From: a virus
IMG/VR virus record: IMGVR_UViG_3300047546_001263
Coordinates: 37,261 to 101,260 of that record
DNA length: 64,000 nt
Reading direction: 5' to 3' (one strand)
Numbering within the stretch: position 1 is the first letter of the stretch; every line of letters begins with the position of its first letter. The notes beneath the pieces are model-generated. The model was given only the letters and a program-made list of their open reading frames with translations. It ran no database searches and was not told the origin of the DNA. The translations under genes were made by a program, and so were the position numbers. Below are positions 57,310 through 64,000 of this stretch, piece after piece.

Positions 57310-58188
57310 TTATTTACTTTTTAAAATTTTGCCTTCTCTTAACGAAAACGTTGCTCCGCTTGAGTTTTTACCGAAACCTAATTGTTCTAACTCTTCTGGA
57401 GATAAACGTCTAGATTTAGGAGTCTCTATAGCAAAATACTTAGCCATTACTGGTTTTAAATCTTCCTTAAATGCATTAGATACAGCTGGTGCCATAAAAG
57501 AACCAATGTCTTCATAAATAGCTTCAATATCTTCTCTTGTATCTAAATACATTTTTTCAATCTTAGCAATATGAGCTGCTAATTCTGTAGCTCCTTTTCT
57601 TATTCTTGCTGCTAAATCTTGATTATCTGAATTCTCGTAATTAATATACTGTTCTAACTTTTCAGCAGCTGCTTCATTCAAAGGTTGTTTATCTTCTAAT
57701 AAGTTTACAATTACCTTCTTCATAGCTTCTTTTAGCTGAGCTTTTTTCATACCGTTAAAAGTATCTACTTTATTATTATCTTTTACGGCTACCATTTGAT
57801 CATGTTTATCTACTTTTGGAGATTCTTTAGCCATTAAATTTAAGTAGTGATTACAATCCTTCTCTAAGTTAGCCATAGCTTTTTTCTTAGCTTTATCGTA
57901 ATCTTTTTCTTCTACCTTACCTGCAGAATCAATACCCATTGCATCTAATTCAGCATCAACAGCACGTCTAATAGTCTCCGGAGAGTAACTATCTTCTGAT
58001 TTATTGTCATATACTACTTCTTTTACCTCGGCAATCAAACCTCTATTTTTAAAGATTTGAACTGCGTCTTCGTATCCATTAAAGCGAGTTATAAACTGAG
58101 GATATTGTCTCTGAGCATCTCGTAAGAATTCAGCTTTTGTGTATCTGTTCTCGTTTACAGCGTTAAACTTTTCCTGTAGTGTTTTCAT
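57310..58188 (-). CDS. Hypothetical head-associated protein
   Basis: 292 aa, MKTLQE.. N-terminus, multiple LxE sites. Confidence 0.65.
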   Translation of the reverse strand: MKTLQEKFNAVNENRYTKAEFLRDAQRQYPQFITRFNGYEDAVQIFKNRGLIAEVKEVVYDNKSEDSYSPETIRRAVDAELDAMGIDSAGKVEEKDYDKAKKKAMANLEKDCNHYLNLMAKESPKVDKHDQMVAVKDNNKVDTFNGMKKAQLKEAMKKVIVNLLEDKQPLNEAAAEKLEQYINYENSDNQDLAARIRKGATELAAHIAKIEKMYLDTREDIEAIYEDIGSFMAPAVSNAFKEDLKPVMAKYFAIETPKSRRLSPEELEQLGFGKNSSGATFSLREGKILKSK

Positions 58189-58417
58189 TTAGATAGTCTA
58201 TTAATTTTGTATTCGAAGGTCTGCTTGGGCGGCTCACTTTTTTAAAGCCTAGCTTTTTCGCATAATTCGTAGCTTTGTTATCTTTTTTTCCTCCGAAAGC
58301 GTAACGAGTTGCGAATGCATCATTTGCTCCAGGAGTGTAAGTAGAACCACCAACATTAGTAACATTGGCTTCTTGTAGTACTTCTTGTACTAATTTACGT
58401 AGTTCACTTAGTTTCAT
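58163..58417 (-). CDS. Small hypothetical head-associated protein
   Basis: 84 aa, MKLSELRKLVQEVLQE. Confidence 0.65.
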   Translation of the reverse strand: MKLSELRKLVQEVLQEANVTNVGGSTYTPGANDAFATRYAFGGKKDNKATNYAKKLGFKKVSRPSRPSNTKLIDYLNENTTGKV

Positions 58418-59268
58418 ATCGTTTCAAGTTCATGTACTAATTCATAGTACTGCATAAGGTTAACTAAATGGGTATCTCCTATCTTCTCCTTGTTAGACAC
58501 AGGTTTAATAGCTTTCTTTACCTCTTCTAGTTTAATCTTAATAACCTGATCAGAAACCTTCTGAGACATTTCTTGTACCTTCTTAGCTATCTTTTCTAAT
58601 TCTTCATTTACTATTGTTCTAAGACGGGTAGTTGAATTTACAGAAGTTATGAACTCTTTTAATATATTTTTTTGTTCCGGAAGTAGATCTTTATAGTTAT
58701 CGTTAAATTTTTCTAATAAGATCTTAAATGTAAGTAATCTTAAATCTTTATCGTATTTTGAATACTCTTCGATTAAGGTATCTTTTACATCTTCCTCATT
58801 TTGTATTTTAGATGTTAAGTGTTCTAGAATTGTTGTTTTATTTTCAATTAAAGAACTAGGATCAACATTTTCTGCATTATTTTGTGTTTCTAATAAGCAG
58901 TATAAAGCAGCTAGTGCTTTGTAGTCTCTTACCTGAATTGCAAAGAACTCGTCTACGTTATAGTGAGTTTTTATTTCTGCAATTAACTCATACTTTTGTT
59001 TCTTAATAGCAGCTTGATCTAACTTACGAGAGATCTCTGTTATTGTAGATAATATTGCTTCTGCTTTTAAAGGAGATACATTATTATTTTTTGAGATAAA
59101 TTCATAGAGTTTATACTCTTTAGCTAAAGAAGATTTTCCTGCATAGAATTTTTTTAAGATACTAACTGCTGGTGAGTCCTTTTTAGATAGAGTATCTGAT
59201 GCGATTTGCTTAACAAGCAATTCGAATATTAACCCTGTGTTTTTATACTTTGAATGTTTTACTTTCAT
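58414..59268 (-). CDS. Hypothetical helical protein downstream of portal
   Basis: 284-aa ORF, KHSKYKNTGLIFELL; own TATTTATA motif. Confidence 0.7.
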   Translation of the reverse strand: MKVKHSKYKNTGLIFELLVKQIASDTLSKKDSPAVSILKKFYAGKSSLAKEYKLYEFISKNNNVSPLKAEAILSTITEISRKLDQAAIKKQKYELIAEIKTHYNVDEFFAIQVRDYKALAALYCLLETQNNAENVDPSSLIENKTTILEHLTSKIQNEEDVKDTLIEEYSKYDKDLRLLTFKILLEKFNDNYKDLLPEQKNILKEFITSVNSTTRLRTIVNEELEKIAKKVQEMSQKVSDQVIKIKLEEVKKAIKPVSNKEKIGDTHLVNLMQYYELVHELETI

Positions 59269-59296
59269 CTTATAGGTTTCCTATTATAAATATGCT

Positions 59297-61204
59297 TTAT
59301 TCACCTAAATCTCTAATATTGTCTTCTTTTAGTAGATTTGAGTCATCTTTCTTTTGAGTATTAAAAACCATTTCCTTTAATACTTCTTTATTTCGATGAT
59401 ATATAGCCTTTGTATTTAAGCCTTCCATTACGTTTTCATTATCGCTTGGATAACCGCCTTTCATACCGTGGCTACCTAGTGGGTCGCGTCCTCCTAAAGG
59501 ATTGTCATTAGTGTGGTATATAGACATATTCGTTCTAGGTCTTCCTCCTTCTTCCCCCGGGTCCATTAAACCCTTTGGTGGTGATGGATGATCTTCATAA
59601 CCTGGAGGTACTGAACCTGGACTTGCTCCTGATAATCTATCTGTAGCAGTAGAACGTCTACCGTACATTGAAGCTAGATCGTGAGGAGTACCGTATGATC
59701 TTCCTGACTGTGCTGGGTCATTACCTTCACCTTCAATTTGAGCTAATCTGAAGTTTCGTTTGAAATCTTCTCTAATTAATTCTCTCATCTCGTTGTACTT
59801 ATCCTCTGATAAGTGGAAGATATTATCGTAGATATAATCTGTTGAGAATAACTTAGTATCTAACATTTGAGCTGCTAAGTCAATCTTTTCTTTCATTAAT
59901 GCTACTCTCTCTTGTTCGTAAACAATAGAAGGGTTTGTTAATTTGATTTCAAAGTTAACTAAAGATTCACCTGTAAAGCCTTGAGAGTATAAATGTACTA
60001 ATGCAATCTTAGTTAATTCAGATTCCATTATCTTCTGTACTCTTTCTACCGTTCTAGCAAAACGAATATCTTCTGCAGCTAATGTTGCTTTACCTTGCAA
60101 CTCTCCTTCATATCCAAAATAAGCTTTAGGTATTTTTAAAGCAGCAAATAACTTATCTCTTAAGTAAACAACGTCGTTTGTTCCGTCGTACTCTAAACCT
60201 TTCGTAGTCTCAATACGAGTAGAAGTATCACCACCTCTTACAGGTAGGTAAAAATCTTCCATCATATTTTGAAGGTTAAATCGTAAGTTGTACTGACCAT
60301 CCTGACCCATATATGGAGTCTTTTTCATAGTGTTGATAGTCTTTTGCATGAACTGTTCAACTTCTGCTGGAGGTATTTGACCTACGTTAATATAAAACAT
60401 TCTCTTTTCTGGAGCTCTCATGATACGGTGTATTAACATCGCATCTTCCATTAAAGTTAGTTGTTTAAAAATCTTACGAGCTGGTTCTAGATAAGAACGT
60501 CCATAAGGTAGGTAATTAGTATCTGAGATTAACCTGAAGTGAGCTACTTCGTAGTTATCTAATTTAATTACTTTTTTATTTGTATTTGGAGTATAGTTAG
60601 GACTTTGAGAAGTAGCTAGACCGTCTAAGTCAATTTGGAAAGTAACTTTTGTCGGGTTTTCATGATCTTCTCCTTCGTGACGAGAAACATGATAAACTGT
60701 GTAAGGTAGTATATTATATACTCCTAAGCCTTCTGCTATCTCTAACTTCAAAAAGAAGTCACCGTACTTAACCATGTTACGAGTCCAAGACCATAAATTA
60801 AATTCGATATTAAGTACATCGTAAAATAAATTATAAAGAACTCTTTGTATATTTTCGTCAGAAGATCTAATTGCTAAAACCTCACCAAAGTCGTTTTTTA
60901 CAGTAGCTTCATCAGCTATAATATCTAATGCAGAAGCTAAAATAGGATCTGTATCCATTGCTTCGTAGTCAGAGTATAACTGTATTCTTAGAGTTTGAAA
61001 GTTTAAGTTTGGATTGAATATATTTCTATTGTTATAGATATATAATCTACTAAACCTATCTATAAGAGAATTGGTCTGGTATTTACCGGTTGTCTGTATT
61101 TGATTAGGATCGATTACTTTTAACTCATCACCCCCTACATTACGTATAATAACGTCTGTAGCGAATAGTCGTTGTAATCTACTAAATAAGCCTTTATCTG
61201 CCAT
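59297..61204 (-). CDS. gp20: Portal protein (T4 gp20-like)
   Basis: LMEDAMLIHRIMRAPEKRMFYI, MEDFYLPVRG, ALKIPK, EDIRFAR. Confidence 0.95.
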   Translation of the reverse strand: MADKGLFSRLQRLFATDVIIRNVGGDELKVIDPNQIQTTGKYQTNSLIDRFSRLYIYNNRNIFNPNLNFQTLRIQLYSDYEAMDTDPILASALDIIADEATVKNDFGEVLAIRSSDENIQRVLYNLFYDVLNIEFNLWSWTRNMVKYGDFFLKLEIAEGLGVYNILPYTVYHVSRHEGEDHENPTKVTFQIDLDGLATSQSPNYTPNTNKKVIKLDNYEVAHFRLISDTNYLPYGRSYLEPARKIFKQLTLMEDAMLIHRIMRAPEKRMFYINVGQIPPAEVEQFMQKTINTMKKTPYMGQDGQYNLRFNLQNMMEDFYLPVRGGDTSTRIETTKGLEYDGTNDVVYLRDKLFAALKIPKAYFGYEGELQGKATLAAEDIRFARTVERVQKIMESELTKIALVHLYSQGFTGESLVNFEIKLTNPSIVYEQERVALMKEKIDLAAQMLDTKLFSTDYIYDNIFHLSEDKYNEMRELIREDFKRNFRLAQIEGEGNDPAQSGRSYGTPHDLASMYGRRSTATDRLSGASPGSVPPGYEDHPSPPKGLMDPGEEGGRPRTNMSIYHTNDNPLGGRDPLGSHGMKGGYPSDNENVMEGLNTKAIYHRNKEVLKEMVFNTQKKDDSNLLKEDNIRDLGE

Positions 61205-61239
61205 TTAATTAAAATGTCTTTAGTTATAAATAGATTCGT

Positions 61240-62814
61240 TTAAAATAACCAGCTAATATCTTCTTTCTGCTGGCCACCCATGTCTATAAGATACGGATTA
61301 TTTCGGTGGGATCCAACTGTTGATATAACAGCTTGGTTTTTTGCATTAAGATTTCCAAAAGAGGAAAGCTGTGCTCTAGCTAAATCCATCCCTTGTTGTC
61401 TCAACCTTAACGCTGTATCTCTTACGTACAGTGAGGTAGCGAAGGCCATAACTAAATCGTCATTATAATTCGTCTGAGCTTGAGCTTTTCCGTTCTTCCA
61501 AACAAATACTCTCATTTCCTGAATAAGTCTTTTAGATTGGATAGTTACTCCTTTTTCCCTTATATACTCAGTCATCTTCGCTATTACTAAAGGACGTGTT
61601 CTCATCGACATTGTAAAGCCGGGAACAAGTTTTTCTCTTTCGTACTTAGACATATAAGATTCTACTGTATCCATATTAGAAGTAGAACTGTAATACATAT
61701 TTTTATATTCTCTTTCAAGTATCTGTTCTATAGTAGACCACCCGATATTTGCGTTTTCTACCACTAATAAAGCGTCATTATACTCAGATGCAATTCCTAC
61801 AAGGACGTTCCCAAATTCCTTTGGAGATAACTTTCCTTTATATTCTGCTACCTGAACACAACTCTCTATATCCATTACGTGAAACGTAGAATAGTCAGTA
61901 GAGTCACCTCTAGATACGTCGGCTGTAACCATATAGGATTTTGAGTAATCAGGACTTTCCCATACCCATAAATTGCCGTCAACTCCTCTTTTCTCTGTTG
62001 GATCTTTCTGATAAGTTTCTTCATAGAATATTAAATCTTCTGGTTCAAATACTGTTTCACCTGATGATAAGAAGTCACAATCACATTCCTGTGCAGCCAT
62101 TCTTGGTCCCAAGTCTCTATCTTGCATATCTCTCCAAGTCTGATTTCTTTCAGGGTGGACAGTCCAGGGTAGTTTGATAGGAACAAAGGAATTTTCACCT
62201 GTTTCTGCTTTAGCATAGGTAGAATGGAACCAATTACCAATACCGTTTGGAGTTGATAAAGCCATACATTGACCCCCGGTAGCCAACGTTTGTTGTGCTG
62301 CGGTAAAGGTTTCTTCAATGTTATCAATAAAGGCGGCCTCATCTATTAAAAGTAAGGATACCGCTTCAGAACGAGCAGCATCAGAGTTACTTGATTTTGC
62401 TTGAATTTTTGAACCGTTCTTTAATCTTAACGATAATTTATTCTTCTCTACTGCCTGTAAACGTAACCATTTAGGTAACTGGTCGTACATGAATTGTACC
62501 TTTGTTACTAGGTTTCTTGCAGTTGCTTGTGTAGTTGCAAGAGCTAATACGTTCTTGTCTTTATGAAAGACCATTAACCATAAAGAGTAACCAGCTGCTA
62601 AGGTAGATATACCAAGCTGTCTAGACTTTAAAGTAATAAGAAATTGATTATCTCTAAATAAATGTAGTACTTTCTCTTGAAATGGATATAAATTAAAGAG
62701 AATTCTACCCCTTGTTGGGTGTTGTATATAGCAATACTTCCTCATGAAGTACGCTGGATCTTTAGCACACTTGATGTACTCTTGTGCTATTATGCTTTTA
62801 ATATCTTGCGACAT
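61240..62814 (-). CDS. gp17: Terminase large subunit (T4 gp17-like)
   Basis: KSRQLGIST, LLIDEAAF, LSTPNG, QECDCDF, ADVSRG..DYS, VENANIG, DDLVMA. Confidence 0.96.
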   Translation of the reverse strand: MSQDIKSIIAQEYIKCAKDPAYFMRKYCYIQHPTRGRILFNLYPFQEKVLHLFRDNQFLITLKSRQLGISTLAAGYSLWLMVFHKDKNVLALATTQATARNLVTKVQFMYDQLPKWLRLQAVEKNKLSLRLKNGSKIQAKSSNSDAARSEAVSLLLIDEAAFIDNIEETFTAAQQTLATGGQCMALSTPNGIGNWFHSTYAKAETGENSFVPIKLPWTVHPERNQTWRDMQDRDLGPRMAAQECDCDFLSSGETVFEPEDLIFYEETYQKDPTEKRGVDGNLWVWESPDYSKSYMVTADVSRGDSTDYSTFHVMDIESCVQVAEYKGKLSPKEFGNVLVGIASEYNDALLVVENANIGWSTIEQILEREYKNMYYSSTSNMDTVESYMSKYEREKLVPGFTMSMRTRPLVIAKMTEYIREKGVTIQSKRLIQEMRVFVWKNGKAQAQTNYNDDLVMAFATSLYVRDTALRLRQQGMDLARAQLSSFGNLNAKNQAVISTVGSHRNNPYLIDMGGQQKEDISWLF

Positions 62815-62824
62815 AACTAATTAA

Positions 62825-63994
62825 TTATATTTCTATTCCTCGAATCTTATCTAAAGTTCCGAATCTAGACTGAGTTGAGTTACTTCCTTCTTTTTTAGTA
62901 AAAATACGACGTAGTATTACTCCGTTAATATCTTGTTGTGAGTTTGTGAAGTAAAAATCTCCATCTCTTTTTCTAATGTGGGCATATAAAGTACCGCCGT
63001 GCTCCTCTATAAATGTATCAATAGGAACAAACTTTCCATTCTTAAAATGAACTGTGTTTCCTTCTACTTCGAACTTAACTTCCATATCACCTTGGTAGTA
63101 GTAGTCAATAGGTCCGCCCATTGGTATAGTACCTTGAATGATAGGTTTTATTAGTTCTGCAGGTATTTTCCTAGATACATCCGGTATTAGTTTATTTCCT
63201 GCTAAGTTTACTCCTTCTAAGTTATTTGCTTCAACTCTATCTTGATAAAACTGATATGCATCTTCATAAAAGTCTGTTAACCATTCTCGTATTTTATCAT
63301 TAGTTGATGACATTGCTGTCATACCTTTAATACCTCCCCCGGCTAATGTAGGTGCTTGATTACCCTTTGCAGATACTTTTACATCTGCTCCTTTTACTTT
63401 CAATATAACATCTGCGTAAGGTTCTGTGTTAAATGAATTTAACCCATCTACCTTCTCAGCTGCTTGAACTCCGGTTATTTCAACATTATTAGTTCCTTTT
63501 AATGTCTTTACACCGGGTACTGCATTTATAGCATCTATAATACCATGTTCTTGTCTTTCTGTAGTTTCAATCTTACTTCCCCCAGAGCCTCCAAATTCTT
63601 TAGTTTTTTGTAGAGCACTAAAACTAACATCATTTCCTTCACTATCTTTGAAGAAAGGAAACTGATTTATTCTAGTACCTCCTATCTTCTTTATTGCATC
63701 TACCTCCATCGAGTGAAAGAGTGGTGCATAAGAATCATCAGCATACGTTAAAGTACTTTGACTTCCATCTTTAAATTCAAAAGGGGATTTATTCTCTATC
63801 TTATTATCAATAACCTGTAATCTAGAATACTTTCTACTAGCATCACTAAAGTCATTCCATTTGAGAACTCCTTCATCTAATCTGAATCCAAATAAAGATT
63901 CAAAGAGATTCATATCCTTTTCGTTAGTAACATCAGGATATCCTTTCTCACATCTATAAGACCATTCTAGTATTATTCTTTCTACTAAGTTCAT
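62825..63994 (-). CDS. Hypothetical protein, possible PD-(D/E)xK-type nuclease
   Basis: TERQE..EPYADVILK..VKVSAK resembles E..PD..(S/E)xK; N-terminal IILEW leader. Confidence 0.45.
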   Translation of the reverse strand: MNLVERIILEWSYRCEKGYPDVTNEKDMNLFESLFGFRLDEGVLKWNDFSDASRKYSRLQVIDNKIENKSPFEFKDGSQSTLTYADDSYAPLFHSMEVDAIKKIGGTRINQFPFFKDSEGNDVSFSALQKTKEFGGSGGSKIETTERQEHGIIDAINAVPGVKTLKGTNNVEITGVQAAEKVDGLNSFNTEPYADVILKVKGADVKVSAKGNQAPTLAGGGIKGMTAMSSTNDKIREWLTDFYEDAYQFYQDRVEANNLEGVNLAGNKLIPDVSRKIPAELIKPIIQGTIPMGGPIDYYYQGDMEVKFEVEGNTVHFKNGKFVPIDTFIEEHGGTLYAHIRKRDGDFYFTNSQQDINGVILRRIFTKKEGSNSTQSRFGTLDKIRGIEI

Positions 63995-64000
63995 TATTTT

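Larger units (their letters stand above)
10997..61232 (-). promoter_or_regulatory. Dispersed TATTTAT(A/T) motif upstream of structural genes (putative late promoter)
   Basis: Plus-strand TATAAATA at 10997, 18821, 22595, 23623, 24211, 26063, 28708, 47437, 53115, 56153, 59285, 61225; AATAAATA at 6212, 26007, 46486, 48763, 52377. All are intergenic, 8-92 bp upstream of minus-strand starts. Confidence 0.75.

Noticed and set aside
1074-62177. All plus-strand ORFs in the track (e.g. 1074-1262, 2814-3110, 20134-20718, 55340-55681)
   Set aside because: They lie antisense to well-supported minus-strand genes and have no recognisable motifs, so they are shadow ORFs. 1074-1262 is antisense to the glycosyltransferase ORF the track missed
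3424-62814. Inteins or group I introns in nrdA, helicase, portal or terminase
   Set aside because: These ORFs are uninterrupted and of ordinary length; the only Hint-like sequence is the stand-alone 28197-28694 gene
1-64000. Stop-codon reassignment as seen in some large or crAss-like phages
   Set aside because: Genes are full length and densely packed in code 11, and TAA, TAG and TGA all occur as genuine stops

Overview
The window is 64 kb of an AT-rich, large T4-like myovirus genome. It contains no tRNA, CRISPR array or mobile element that I can see. All convincing genes are on the minus strand, so they read from high to low coordinates. Order: putative nuclease, terminase large subunit, portal, head-associated hypotheticals, prohead protease, scaffold, major capsid, PhoH, neck genes and tail fibres. 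Then comes a ~15 kb modification island (GT-A/GT2/GT7 glycosyltransferases, methyltransferase, three N-terminal Twitch/SPASM radical SAM enzymes, SGNH-like protein, degenerate Hint protein, nucleotide-sugar dehydrogenase). After it come tail sheath, tube, chaperones, tape measure and baseplate, then replication genes (divergent PolA-like, SSB, RecA/UvsX, 5'-3' exonuclease, helicase) and nrdB/nrdA. SD-less A-rich starts and TAnnTTT-like promoter motifs suggest a Bacteroidota host (inference). The most striking item is missing from the ORF track. It is a >=717-aa ORF (2152 to the window edge) that I translated by hand. It fuses three eukaryote-type protein O-glycosyltransferase-like domains (SGT1/HPAT-like, O-fucosyltransferase-like, Skp1 Hyp-GlcNAc transferase GT60-like) and directly abuts a tandem prolyl-4-hydroxylase-like dioxygenase. 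Together they form a candidate phage-encoded hydroxyproline/serine O-glycosylation system. Other notable signals are a recurrent TATTTATA motif (the reverse complement of the T4 late promoter), a structured RNA leader before a fibre gene, a probable +1/-2 tail-chaperone frameshift and a PolA-like protein with an altered steric gate. All family assignments come from motif recognition by eye, not from database searches.
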